From NCBI GenBank assembly GCA_965222075.1, contig OZ244937.1, forward strand, positions 3,872,001-3,936,000: a DNA stretch of 64,000 nucleotides. Reading direction: 5' to 3'. Of this stretch, positions 20,340 to 30,095 are shown piece after piece. Positions within the stretch are counted from its first letter, which is position 1; each line of letters begins with the position of its first letter. The position numbers and the translations under genes are program-made. The stretch is from Candidatus Latescibacterota bacterium (GTDB lineage: Bacteria > Latescibacterota > UBA2968 > GCA-2709665). The notes under the pieces were generated by a model, which worked only from the letters and a program-made list of their open reading frames with translations, did not search any database and was not told the DNA's origin.

Positions 20340-21350
20340 ATGCTCGGCGTAGCCATCCAGGGGGCGGGAAACGTCTCCACGGAACACATCAAAGCCTACC
20401 GGAACAACCCGAACACCCGTGTGGTCGCCATTGGCAGCCGCACGCTGGACGGCGCCCGGAAAAAAGCAGCCGAGTACGGCGTCGAATGCGACCTCTTCAA
20501 CGACTATGACAAGCTGCTGGCGCATCCGGAAGTCGATATCGTCTCCATCTGCACCCCTCCCGACCGCCACGCCGCCGAAACGGTCGCCGCGGCCCAGGCA
20601 GGCAAACACCTGCTCATCGAGAAACCGGTCGCAAACACCCGGGAAGAACTGGAGGCGATGCACGAAGCCGTCACCCGGGCCGGGGTCAAAACCGTCGTCA
20701 GCTTCGTCCTGCGTTGGAACCCGATGATCCAGTCGATCAAACAGGTTGTTGCAAAGGGCTGGGTCGGCAGACCCTTGCTCGTACAGGCCGACTACTGGCA
20801 CGGACCCACCCATGAACGCCCGGAGAAATGGAGCCGCCCGCGCTGGGCGCCGATGGTCACCGGCGGTATTGTTCACGGCGGCTGCCACGCCATGGACGCT
20901 GCCCGCTACATCCTGGACAACGACGAAGTCGTCCTGGTCACCGGCGTCTCCCCCACCTATCCAGGCTATGCAGAGCCGTACAGACCCACCACCCTGGCGG
21001 CGGTACGGTTCGCCGGTGGTCCGGCGGGAAAAATCTCCGGCGCCACGGAATTCTTTATGCCCTATGTCTTCAACATTGAAGTCTTCGGCGACGAAGGCGT
21101 CATCCGTAACAATCGCTTCTACACAAAACAACTGCCGGGCCAGCGCGATTTTGGAACCTTCCCCACCATCCTGCCCGACAGCGGCTCGGTCGCCCACCAC
21201 CCCTTCCAGGAAATGATCGACCACCTGATAGACTGTATCCGGACCGACACCGAATCGCACGACAACCTGGCCGTCGCCGTCAACACCCACCTGGCCTGCT
21301 TCGCCGCCGAGGAATCCGCCGCAGCCGGCTCGACACCCATCCGGCTCTAA
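20340..21350 (+). CDS. Gfo/Idh/MocA-family oxidoreductase
   Basis: 'GAGNVS', 'ICTPPDRH', 'EKPV', 'HAMD'. Confidence 0.92.
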   Translation: MLGVAIQGAGNVSTEHIKAYRNNPNTRVVAIGSRTLDGARKKAAEYGVECDLFNDYDKLLAHPEVDIVSICTPPDRHAAETVAAAQAGKHLLIEKPVANTREELEAMHEAVTRAGVKTVVSFVLRWNPMIQSIKQVVAKGWVGRPLLVQADYWHGPTHERPEKWSRPRWAPMVTGGIVHGGCHAMDAARYILDNDEVVLVTGVSPTYPGYAEPYRPTTLAAVRFAGGPAGKISGATEFFMPYVFNIEVFGDEGVIRNNRFYTKQLPGQRDFGTFPTILPDSGSVAHHPFQEMIDHLIDCIRTDTESHDNLAVAVNTHLACFAAEESAAAGSTPIRL

Positions 21351-23041
21351 GGGGCGGCGCAAAATCTGCCCCCCCTCGCCGGACGCATATCCTCCAGCAC
21401 AAGCTGCACCCGCGTCTCCCTGTTCCATGTATTCGCTTCTACGGCACAGGCCACATCCACCTGATCTCCACAAGAGAGTTCGGTAACCAGGCCCCCCTGC
21501 CGCCACCAGATCGTGTCGCACACCGGCCCGCCCGTATCCAGCGCCAGCTTGAGATGCGCGCCCTTCCCCACCGCGGCGGTCCGTTCGATCCGGCAGTCCC
21601 GGAGCATAAACCGGGGAGGCTCGTTGCCCGCGCCGAACGGGGCAAGCGCCGACAGCGCCGAAACCGTCTCCAGTGAAATCTCCGAAGGCCGCAGCAGCGC
21701 GTCTAACTCCAGTTGGGGCGTCAGATCGTCCTCCGACAGCAGCCGGTCCGCATCCGCCTCCAGCCGTCCCTTGAACGCCTCGTAATATTCCACTCGACCC
21801 GTAAAACCTGCGGCGTCCGCATGCCCGCCGCACTCGGTCAACAGGTCCGCACACCTGAAAATCCCCTCCACAATATTGTACCCCCCCGCCGTGCGTGCCG
21901 ACCCGGTGAATGTCCCATCCCTCCGGACCTCCGTGCACACCACCGACGGGCGCCTGTACTTTTCCGTCAGCCTCCCCGCAATCAACCCGATCACCCCCAG
22001 GTGCCAGTCCTCTCCCTTCACCACCAGCATCCGGTGCCGATCCAGGCCCGCAGCCTCTACCTGCGCTTCGGCCTCGGCCACCCCCGTATTCTGCAAGTCC
22101 TTCCGCCTGGTATTCAACCGGTTCAACGCCTCTGCCAGCCGGGCCGCCTCCCGAATATCCCGGCTCCGGAGCAGATCCAGCGCCAGCCCCGCCGAGGCCA
22201 GGCGCCCGGCGCTGTTGATCCGGGGGCCTAAGAAAAATCCGATCGCCGTGGTATCCACCGGCCGGTTGCCCGAGCCCGCCAACCCCTTCAGCGCATGCAG
22301 GCCGGGCCGGGCCGTCCGGTCCAGCACCTGCATCCCCCGCCGGGTCAACAGCCGATTCTCCCCCAACATCGGCGCCACATCGGCCACCGTACCCAGCGCC
22401 ACCAGGTCCAGCAGTGAATTCAGATAGCCCCGCCGTTCCGGCCCCGGCACCAGATCTTCCGAAAGCGCCTGAACCACCTTAAATACCACCCCCACCGCCG
22501 CTAAACCTTTAAAAAGATAGGAACAGTCGACGCGGTTGGGGTTCACCACCGCCAGTGCGTTCGGCAGCCGCCCCTGAGGATGGTGGTGGTCAATCACCAC
22601 CACATCCACCCCCGCCTCTCTGGCCGCATCCACCGCCTCAAACGACGAAACCCCGTTGTCCGCCGTCACGATCAGCTCCGCGCCCGCCTCCAGCGCCCGG
22701 CGCACCCCCGGCGGCTTCATCCCGTACCCGTCCCGGAAGCGGTCCGGCAGAAGAGGCACCCCATCCACTCCCACCCGGTCCAGAAAATCCAGCATCACCG
22801 CCGTACTCGTCACCCCATCCACATCGTAGTCTCCAAACACCACAATCCGTTCCCGCTCCCGAATCGCCTTCAATATACGGTCCACCGCCCGGTCCATATC
22901 CCGCATCGCAAACGGATCCTGGAGGACATCGGGAGAATCCGCCACGTCTTCCGGCGTCAGCGACCGGTTGGCCAGGACCACATCCACAAGCGAATCGTAA
23001 TCTCCCGAATGCCGGAGATGCCATATTGGATACTGCTGCAT
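21347..23041 (-). CDS. recJ: Single-stranded-DNA exonuclease RecJ
   Basis: 'GDYDVDG', 'DNG', 'DHH', 'GTVADV', 'PRINSAGR', 'GGHADAAG'. Confidence 0.97.
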   Translation of the reverse strand: MQQYPIWHLRHSGDYDSLVDVVLANRSLTPEDVADSPDVLQDPFAMRDMDRAVDRILKAIRERERIVVFGDYDVDGVTSTAVMLDFLDRVGVDGVPLLPDRFRDGYGMKPPGVRRALEAGAELIVTADNGVSSFEAVDAAREAGVDVVVIDHHHPQGRLPNALAVVNPNRVDCSYLFKGLAAVGVVFKVVQALSEDLVPGPERRGYLNSLLDLVALGTVADVAPMLGENRLLTRRGMQVLDRTARPGLHALKGLAGSGNRPVDTTAIGFFLGPRINSAGRLASAGLALDLLRSRDIREAARLAEALNRLNTRRKDLQNTGVAEAEAQVEAAGLDRHRMLVVKGEDWHLGVIGLIAGRLTEKYRRPSVVCTEVRRDGTFTGSARTAGGYNIVEGIFRCADLLTECGGHADAAGFTGRVEYYEAFKGRLEADADRLLSEDDLTPQLELDALLRPSEISLETVSALSALAPFGAGNEPPRFMLRDCRIERTAAVGKGAHLKLALDTGGPVCDTIWWRQGGLVTELSCGDQVDVACAVEANTWNRETRVQLVLEDMRPARGGRFCAAP

Positions 23042-23167
23042 CGATCCCCCCAAAAGCGAAAATAAAAAAAGGTTAACGTTTTCTCAAATCCCGGTCGATA
23101 TACTCGGCAAATTCTGTATATTATGGTCTGATCAATTCATAACCACAAATGGACACCGATCATCCCT

Positions 23168-23581
23168 ATGTCCCGTATCCTCCTTGCCGAAGACGGCCCC
23201 ACCGCTATTGACCTGGCCGGCGCGCTCTTCGACACGCCCGGCCTCGAACTCGACGTGGTCACCAACGGCCGCAGCGCCCTGGGCCGCCTGACCCGCCTGC
23301 CTGCAGCGCAGGACGCTGCGCAGGCAGGGGCCCCCAGGGCCTACGCCCTGGTCGTCCTGAGCTATACCCTGCCCGAAATCAGCGGCCCCGAGTGCATTGC
23401 CTTCATCCGGAGTATGTTCCCCCGCCTGACCATCCTCGTCCTCTCCGACACAACCGATGCAAAGCGCCTGGGTGAACTCGCCCGGCTCGGCATCCGCCGA
23501 GGCCACATCCTGCAAAAGCCCACCGACCGCAAAACCTTCGCCGCCTGGGTCCGGAACGCCCTCAAGGAAATTGAAACTTGA
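23168..23581 (+). CDS. Stand-alone atypical (pseudo-)receiver domain protein
   Basis: 'RILLAED', 'NGRSAL', 'LP..SG', 'ILVLS', 'LQKP'; Ser at the phosphoacceptor position. Confidence 0.75.
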   Translation: MSRILLAEDGPTAIDLAGALFDTPGLELDVVTNGRSALGRLTRLPAAQDAAQAGAPRAYALVVLSYTLPEISGPECIAFIRSMFPRLTILVLSDTTDAKRLGELARLGIRRGHILQKPTDRKTFAAWVRNALKEIET

Positions 23582-23592
23582 AAATTTCCTGT

Positions 23593-24378
23593 TCACACAC
23601 CCATAATATGATATCCCCCATCCACATGCACCACCTCCCCCGTCACCCCACTGCCCAGGTCGCTCAACAAAAACAGCGCCGCCTTGCCCACCTCCTCCTG
23701 CGAGATATTCCGCCTCAGCGGCGCCCGATCCCGGTACATCTGCTGAAAATCTCCAAACCCCTTCACCCCCCGCGCAGACGCCGTGCTGATCGGCCCGGGC
23801 GAAACCGCATTCACCCGGATCTCCCTGGGCCCCAACTCGGAGGCAAGCTGCCGCACCGCATGCTCCAGGGCCGCCTTGGCCGTCCCCATCACATTATAAG
23901 CCGGAAACACCTTCTCAGACGCCATAAACGTCAGCGTAATCACCGATCCTCCCTCGGCCATCAACGCCGTTGCGGCCCGGGTCATCGCTACAAACGAATA
24001 CGTGCTGATGTCCAGCGCGATCCGAAAAGCCTCCCGGGAGGTCTTATTGTATTCCCCCCGCAGCGCCTCTGTAGGCGCAAACGCAATACAGTGCACAAAA
24101 CAGTCCAGCCGCCCGGCCTCCTGCCCCACAAACTCGAACAGCCTCCGGATGTCCGCATCTTCCCCCGCATTGCAGGGCTCCGGCGGAACGACCACATCCT
24201 CCCACCCCTCTCCCGCTATCAGCTTTTCAATCCCCCGCTGCTCGCGCTCGCTCAAATAGGGCAGCACCAGCCGTGCCCCCGCCTTGTGGAGGACCTGCGC
24301 AATCGCCCACGCAATGCTCCACCTGTTTGCTACCCCGGTAACCACCCCTACCTTCCCGTTCAGGTCGATCCCGTACAT
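23593..24378 (-). CDS. fabI: Enoyl-ACP reductase
   Basis: 'GVANRWSIAWAIA', 'YNVMGTAKAALE', 'VNAVSPGPI'. Confidence 0.96.
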   Translation of the reverse strand: MYGIDLNGKVGVVTGVANRWSIAWAIAQVLHKAGARLVLPYLSEREQRGIEKLIAGEGWEDVVVPPEPCNAGEDADIRRLFEFVGQEAGRLDCFVHCIAFAPTEALRGEYNKTSREAFRIALDISTYSFVAMTRAATALMAEGGSVITLTFMASEKVFPAYNVMGTAKAALEHAVRQLASELGPREIRVNAVSPGPISTASARGVKGFGDFQQMYRDRAPLRRNISQEEVGKAALFLLSDLGSGVTGEVVHVDGGYHIMGV

Positions 24379-24483
24379 AAGCCCTATCCTCTCCTATTCC
24401 GGAAACGCGCAACACTTCCGGCAGCTCGGTCTGGGTATGCCCACCTCCGGCCTTCTCGGCAACGGTCACCCCTTATCGCTCGC

Positions 24484-24502
24484 GTTTTAAGACAGTTTCT
24501 AA
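24484..24502. repeat. Dispersed repeat copy (IS-end-like)
   Basis: GTTTTAAGACAGTTTCTAA, one mismatch to the copies at 47278 and 52020. Confidence 0.6.
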
Positions 24503-24542
24503 ACTAATTCACCCCGTCCCCAAAGTCAACCCGCATTCTCGC

Positions 24543-24571
24543 TTGCATTTCCAGTCCAGGCGCATTATCTT
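24543..24571 (+). promoter_or_regulatory. Candidate sigma70 promoter for the YbjN-pspA-DUF4178 unit
   Basis: TTGCAT-17 nt-TATCTT. Confidence 0.35.
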
Positions 24572-24675
24572 TCAAGATGGATGGGTAGCATTTTTTTGAA
24601 ACAAAATCCCATCTCCGGAATCTTATACTTACAAAACAGTCCGCTTTTCCCTCTTTCCTGCTTAAAGGAGCGTCC

Positions 24676-25071
24676 ATGTCCGACTACTTTGAAACCGTCA
24701 AGGCCTACCTCCAGGACCTCGACCTCATCATCGAAGAGGAGGACCCCGGGGAAGAACTCGTCGTGGTCAACGACGAAGATCGGGGCATTTACAGGCTCAT
24801 CGTTGACTGCGAGGACCCCATCCTCATCCTCGAACAGGCCATCATGCCCGTCCCGTCCAGGCCGGGCGACCTCTACAGGCGCCTCCTCGAAATGAACCGC
24901 ACCCTCATCCATGGCGCTTTCGCCGTCGACGACGAGACCGGCACCATCCTCTTCCGGGACACCCTCCGCCTGGACACCCTCGACCGGGCTGAAATCGAGG
25001 GCAGCATCAACGCCCTCGGCCTGGCCCTGGCGGAAAACGTCAATGAACTATTGGGATACAGCAAAAAATAA
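24676..25071 (+). CDS. YbjN / CesT-like (type III chaperone fold) protein
   Basis: Small acidic protein, 'LYRRLLEMNRTLIHGAFAVD...ILFRDTL'; directly upstream of pspA. Confidence 0.75.
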   Translation: MSDYFETVKAYLQDLDLIIEEEDPGEELVVVNDEDRGIYRLIVDCEDPILILEQAIMPVPSRPGDLYRRLLEMNRTLIHGAFAVDDETGTILFRDTLRLDTLDRAEIEGSINALGLALAENVNELLGYSKK

Positions 25072-25123
25072 CCGCAAAATGTGAATTATCATTTGTTTCA
25101 CGTTTCATACCAGGAGTCACACC

Positions 25124-25825
25124 ATGGGTATTTTTCAGAGAATCTTCCGCGTCAGCAAGGCTGAAGTCCATTCCGCCATCGACAAATTCGAAGATCCGAT
25201 CAGAATGACCGAACAGGGCATCCGGGATCTCAAAAAGGACCTGAACGCCGCCATGACCAGCCTGGCCGAAGTCAAAGGCCAGGCCATCCGCCTGAGAAAA
25301 CAGGCCACAGACGGCAAAAAAGCCGCCACCGACTATGAGCGCAAAGCCATGCTCCTCCTCCAGAAGACCCAGAGCGGAGAGCTCGACTCGGCCGAGGCCG
25401 ACCGGCTGGCCGCCGAGGCCCTCAACCGCAAAGAAGAGTCCTCCAGCCGGGCCACCACATTGAACCACGACGCCAAACAGCAGGAAGCCATGGCCGCCCA
25501 GCTTCAGGCCCAGGTCGAAAAACTCAAATCGGCCATCGCCGGCTACGAAAACGACCTGGTCACCCTGCGCGCCCGCGCCCGCACGGCCGCAGCCACCAAA
25601 AAGATCAACCGCCAGCTCTCCAAGGTCGACTCCAACGGCACCCTGGCCCTGCTCGAACGCATGAAGGAGCGCGTCGAAGAGGACGAGTCCCTCGCCCAGG
25701 CCTACGGCGAACTCGCCGACTCCTCCCAGACCCTCGACGAAGAAATCGACACCGTCCTTAAGGACAAAGGCGCCGGATCGGATAAACTCGCCGAACTCAA
25801 GGCGAAGATGGGGATACAAAAATAA
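25124..25825 (+). CDS. pspA: PspA/IM30 family protein
   Basis: 'MGIFQRI', 'EDP', long coiled coil, C-terminal 'LAELKAKMG'. Confidence 0.93.
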   Translation: MGIFQRIFRVSKAEVHSAIDKFEDPIRMTEQGIRDLKKDLNAAMTSLAEVKGQAIRLRKQATDGKKAATDYERKAMLLLQKTQSGELDSAEADRLAAEALNRKEESSSRATTLNHDAKQQEAMAAQLQAQVEKLKSAIAGYENDLVTLRARARTAAATKKINRQLSKVDSNGTLALLERMKERVEEDESLAQAYGELADSSQTLDEEIDTVLKDKGAGSDKLAELKAKMGIQK

Positions 25826-25888
25826 CCTGACCCCCCTCGTTTACCACCAAACGGTCAGAAACGGGCAACGATCCCCACCCCTCCAACC

Positions 25889-26428
25889 ATGAACTGGAAT
25901 CCCTTCAAAAAAAAACAGGACGAACCCGAATTCGACCCGTTAAAAGACCTCACCCTCTCTGGCCTCAAACCCGGCTACGTCCTCGACTACGACCTCAAGG
26001 CCTGGCAGGTCACCGCTCACCATTATTACGATTACGAGGGCGACCGGGTCAACGAGTGGGAGCTTGCCTGCGCCGACGAGGTCCTCTACCTCGATCGCGA
26101 GGAAGACGACGAGATCACCTGGACCCTCTCTCGAAAGATCCCCCTCTCCCATATCGACGGCGACCTCCGCGCCCACCTCCGGGAGCACGAAGATCCCCCC
26201 CAGGAGATCACCTGCAACGGCGTCGAATATACCGGCGAGTCTTCCGATGTGGGCAAATTTTACAAAAACAGCGAACCCCCGGGCCAGGAATTCATCGCCT
26301 GGGACTACATAGACCGCTCCGGGGAAAAAACCCTCACCGTCGAACAGTGGGGCGACGACGACTACGAGGCCTCCCTCGGTGAGATCGTCGAAGAATATCA
26401 ATTCAGCGACATCCTCCCGTCGGAATAA
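25889..26428 (+). CDS. DUF4178-like protein
   Basis: Acidic beta-rich protein, 'EWEL', 'PPQEI', 'WDY', 'LTVEQW'; downstream of pspA. Confidence 0.75.
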   Translation: MNWNPFKKKQDEPEFDPLKDLTLSGLKPGYVLDYDLKAWQVTAHHYYDYEGDRVNEWELACADEVLYLDREEDDEITWTLSRKIPLSHIDGDLRAHLREHEDPPQEITCNGVEYTGESSDVGKFYKNSEPPGQEFIAWDYIDRSGEKTLTVEQWGDDDYEASLGEIVEEYQFSDILPSE

Positions 26429-26487
26429 CGCTTCGCCCAGGTCTGGATGATTTGCCCCGCTGCTTTCAAATCTTCAATCTTCGCTCC

Positions 26488-28023
26488 CTACCACCCCCAC
26501 TCCGCCTCCCGATAATATCGGTCCACCACCGGCGCCAGTTCCGTATTCACCGCCACCTCCCCTGCCTGTTCGAACACGCCCTTCCAGAACTGCACCATCC
26601 CCACCATCGCCTCCCGGTTCAAAAACGCTGTCTCAACCCCCGAGAAATCGAGTCCCATCGCCCGCTCCTTCAGCGCCTCCGCAGAAACCACCTCCGCCTT
26701 CATCCCTAACGTCCACCCCCAGTCGCCCATCGTTGGAATCGTGTTGTGGTAGGGCAACACCGAAAAGCCTGCCGCCTGTAGCGTCCTGTACACACACAGA
26801 AAAGCCCGCGTCGCGTACAGCGGGCTGGAACTCTGCGTCACCACCACCCCGCCCCGGGACAGGTGACGCTTGCAGGAGAGGTAGAACTCCCTGGAATAGA
26901 GCCGGGCCAGGTCGGGGCCCTTCGGATCGGGCAGATCGATCAGGATCACATCGAACAGCTCATCGACGTCCTCCAAAAACCGCCCGGCGTCCCGGTTCAC
27001 CACCCGCAACCTCGGATCGTTCAGCGCCCCTCCGTTGGCCTCCAGCAGCGCCGGATGCGTCCGGGCCAACTCCGTCATCGCCGGATCCAGGTCTACCAGT
27101 GTAATCGATCTGACATCGGCATGCTTCAGCGCCTCCCGCGCCGCCAGCCCGTCTCCCCCGCCCAGGATCAGCACCCGCTCCCGGGAGGCCGCCAGTCCCA
27201 TCGCCGGGTGCGTCAGCGGCTCGTGGTAGCGCTCCTCGTCGTACGTGCTGAACTGCACACTGCCGTTTAAGAAAAGCCAGTGGTAGCCCTTCCACTCCGT
27301 CATCACAATCCGCTGGTAGGGCGTCTGCGCTTCATAAATCACGCGATCCCGGTACCGACTCTGCTCCCCGAACAGCATGATCGGCCGGATGCTAACCCCC
27401 AGCCCCACCAGTCCGATTCCAATCGTCCAGAACGCCCCTGTCAGCCACCTCCGGCGCACCAGCAGCCCTCTGTATTGCCACAGCAGCGCCGATGCCACCG
27501 TGAAATTCACCGCTCCCAGCATAATCGGCGTAAAGGTCAGCCCCAGATGCGGCAGCGCAAAAAACGCAAACAGCAGCCCCCCCACAAGCGCCCCGTAATA
27601 ATCCTTCTCCATCACCGACGCAATATTCGTCCGCAACGACTCGTAGGTCTCGTTCATCCGGGCCACCAGCGGAATCTCCAGCCCGATCAACAGCCCGATC
27701 CCCGCTGCATACCCATACAGGACGACGCCCACCTGTCCGACAAGCGCCGTCCCGAAGTAAGCCGCCGCCCCGCACGACGCGCACAGCACCGACAGCGTAA
27801 ACTCCACCGCAATAAACCGGTCCAGCAGCCGATCCTGAATGTGTCGGCTCAACCGGCTGCCCAGCCCCATCGTAAACAACATCAGCGACATCACCAGTGT
27901 CCACTGGAGCGTCGTATTCCCCAACAGGTAGCTCGCCAGTGTCGACAGTACAAACTCTGCCACGATCCCCGCGCACCCCGTGGCGAACAAACAAGCTTTC
28001 AACAAGTAGCTGCGCCCTTTCAT
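26488..28023 (-). CDS. speE: Membrane-anchored polyamine aminopropyltransferase (spermidine synthase, long form)
   Basis: N-terminal multi-TM domain ('GLEIP'), 'TPYQRI', 'YHEPL', 'LGGGDG', 'DLPDP'. Confidence 0.92.
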   Translation of the reverse strand: MKGRSYLLKACLFATGCAGIVAEFVLSTLASYLLGNTTLQWTLVMSLMLFTMGLGSRLSRHIQDRLLDRFIAVEFTLSVLCASCGAAAYFGTALVGQVGVVLYGYAAGIGLLIGLEIPLVARMNETYESLRTNIASVMEKDYYGALVGGLLFAFFALPHLGLTFTPIMLGAVNFTVASALLWQYRGLLVRRRWLTGAFWTIGIGLVGLGVSIRPIMLFGEQSRYRDRVIYEAQTPYQRIVMTEWKGYHWLFLNGSVQFSTYDEERYHEPLTHPAMGLAASRERVLILGGGDGLAAREALKHADVRSITLVDLDPAMTELARTHPALLEANGGALNDPRLRVVNRDAGRFLEDVDELFDVILIDLPDPKGPDLARLYSREFYLSCKRHLSRGGVVVTQSSSPLYATRAFLCVYRTLQAAGFSVLPYHNTIPTMGDWGWTLGMKAEVVSAEALKERAMGLDFSGVETAFLNREAMVGMVQFWKGVFEQAGEVAVNTELAPVVDRYYREAEWGW

Positions 28024-28049
28024 CACTCACCACTCACCACTCACCACTC
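28024..28049. repeat. Tandem heptamer (CACTCAC) x about 3.7
   Basis: CACTCAC CACTCAC CACTCAC CACTC spanning the thiolase stop and ending at the speE start. Confidence 0.75.
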
Positions 28050-29221
28050 CTCTCCACCGCTACCGCCACCGCTTCTCCCCCACCGATACAGATTGCATCA
28101 ATCCCCACCTTCGCGCCCCGGCATTTCATCGCATGAAGCAGCGTCACCAGCGTCCGGGCACCGCTCGCGCCGATCGGATGCCCCAGCGCCACCGCGCCGC
28201 CGTGCACGTTCACCTTCTCGTGCGGAATCCCCAGATCTTTCATCGCGGCCATCGGCACAACCGAGAACGCCTCGTTGATCTCAAACAGATCCACGCCCTC
28301 CACCCCCAGCGACAGCCTGTCCATCAGCCTGGAAATCGCCGGAATCGGGGCGAGCGTAAACCACTCCGGCTCCCGGCACGCCGTCGCATACCCCAAAATC
28401 TTCGCCTGGGGCTTCACGCCCAACGCCTTGACCTTTTCTTCTGACAAAGCTACGATGGCGGCCGCTCCGTCGTTAATGCTGGACGCATTCCCCGCCGTCA
28501 CCGTCCCCTCCTTCCCAAACGCCGGCCCGAGCTGCCGGAGTTTCTCCTCGTTGAACCGCCCGGGTTCCTCGTCTTCGGTCACCCTCACGGTATCCCTGCC
28601 CGCAGGGGCTTCAACCGGCACGATCTCCTCGGCAAAGATCCCGTTTTCCGCAGCCGCCAGAGCCCGCTTATAACTCTCAACGGCAAAATCGTCCTGTTCC
28701 TCCCGTGAGAACGTATATTTCTCCGCACACCGATCCCCGCACAATCCCATGTGCAGGCCGTTGTATACATCCCAAAGCCCGTCCCTGACCATAGAATCGA
28801 TCAACGCACCGTCTCCCAGCCGGTACCCCCCCCGGGCCTTTTCTAAGAGATAAGGCGCCCGCGACATATTCTCGGTTCCGCCTGCCACCACCACCGACGC
28901 GTCTTCACACCGGATGGCCTGAGCCGCCAGCATCACCGACTTGAGCCCCGACCCACAGACCTTGTTCACGGTCGTCGCCCCAACCGAAGGGCTCAGCCCC
29001 GCCCCGATCGAGACCTGCCGCGCCACGTTCTGCCCCAGTCCCGCGCCAAGCACATTGCCAAAGATCACCTCGTCCACCTGATCCGGGGAAACCCCCGCCC
29101 GTTCCAGCGCCGCCCGAACCGCTGCGCTTCCCAGCGCCGGCGCCGGTGCCTCCGCAAACGCCTCGCAAAATCTGCCAATAGGCGTGCGCACGCCTCCTAC
29201 CAGAAAAACATCCTTAACCAT
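28034..29221 (-). CDS. Acetyl-CoA C-acetyltransferase (thiolase)
   Basis: 'NKVCGSG', 'NEAF', 'GHPIGASG', 'CIGGG'. Confidence 0.96.
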   Translation of the reverse strand: MVKDVFLVGGVRTPIGRFCEAFAEAPAPALGSAAVRAALERAGVSPDQVDEVIFGNVLGAGLGQNVARQVSIGAGLSPSVGATTVNKVCGSGLKSVMLAAQAIRCEDASVVVAGGTENMSRAPYLLEKARGGYRLGDGALIDSMVRDGLWDVYNGLHMGLCGDRCAEKYTFSREEQDDFAVESYKRALAAAENGIFAEEIVPVEAPAGRDTVRVTEDEEPGRFNEEKLRQLGPAFGKEGTVTAGNASSINDGAAAIVALSEEKVKALGVKPQAKILGYATACREPEWFTLAPIPAISRLMDRLSLGVEGVDLFEINEAFSVVPMAAMKDLGIPHEKVNVHGGAVALGHPIGASGARTLVTLLHAMKCRGAKVGIDAICIGGGEAVAVAVERSGEW

Positions 29222-29265
29222 CGCGGCTTTCTCCCAGCACATGGGCAGACACACAGGTCCGCTTC

Positions 29266-30066
29266 TTAGATCACCTTACAGGTAATACCACCATCCACAA
29301 CAAGCTGTGTGCCGGTAATATATTTCGCTTCGTCAGAGGCTAAGAACAACGCCGCATAAGCCACATCCCAGGCATCGCCCATCTTCCCCGTAGGGCACTG
29401 GTTGTTCCGGATCTCGATCATCTTCTCCACATCCCCGTCCGCATAGAAATCAGTAAGTGCCTTGACAACCATGGGCGTGTTCATCAGCCCGGGCAGAATC
29501 GCGTTTGCCCGGATATTCTTTTTCGCGTACTGCAGCGCGATGGTCTGGGTAAGCTGGTTGATCGCCCCCTTGGTGGCGCTGTAAGAAACGTAGGGCACCC
29601 CCAGCCAGCGGATGGAAACGATGGAAGAGATATTCACAATCGCCCCGCCCCCCTGCTTTTCCATGTGCGGCAGAACGTATTTGCATGTCAGGAACATGCT
29701 CTTGAGATTGACATCGTTAACATGATCCCAGCTCTCCTCGCTGGTCTCCACACAGCCGCCAACCTCCAGAATACCCACATTGTTGTGGAGCACATCCACC
29801 CGGCCATAAATCTCAACACAGCGTGCTACCAGACCCTCAACCTCTTCGGCCTTGGAAACGTCCGCCCCGTGGGCTGTACATTCACTCCCTTCCCCATCGA
29901 TAATCTCCCTGGTCTCCTCAACGGCAGCGAGATTGATATCTACGGCGAAAACCTTCGCCCCCTCGCGTGCGAAGAGCACGGCCGTCGCCTTCCCGTTGCC
30001 CCAGCCCGGTCCGATCGACCCCGCGCCGGTCACAATCGCGACCCTGTCTTTCAAGCGGTCTCCCAT
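29266..30066 (-). CDS. SDR-family oxidoreductase
   Basis: 'VTGAG...GNG', 'NNVG', 'NISS', YxxxK (YSATK). Confidence 0.93.
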   Translation of the reverse strand: MGDRLKDRVAIVTGAGSIGPGWGNGKATAVLFAREGAKVFAVDINLAAVEETREIIDGEGSECTAHGADVSKAEEVEGLVARCVEIYGRVDVLHNNVGILEVGGCVETSEESWDHVNDVNLKSMFLTCKYVLPHMEKQGGGAIVNISSIVSIRWLGVPYVSYSATKGAINQLTQTIALQYAKKNIRANAILPGLMNTPMVVKALTDFYADGDVEKMIEIRNNQCPTGKMGDAWDVAYAALFLASDEAKYITGTQLVVDGGITCKVI

Positions 30067-30095
30067 AGTGCCCTTTCTCGGCGTCAAATCTCTTC

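Noticed and set aside
19803-21938. 711-aa minus-strand ORF, and similar long ORFs such as 35498-37090, 45979-47187, 2525-3676 and 42954-44129
   Set aside because: They are antisense or off-frame shadows of well-supported genes, expected in high-GC DNA, and carry no recognisable motifs
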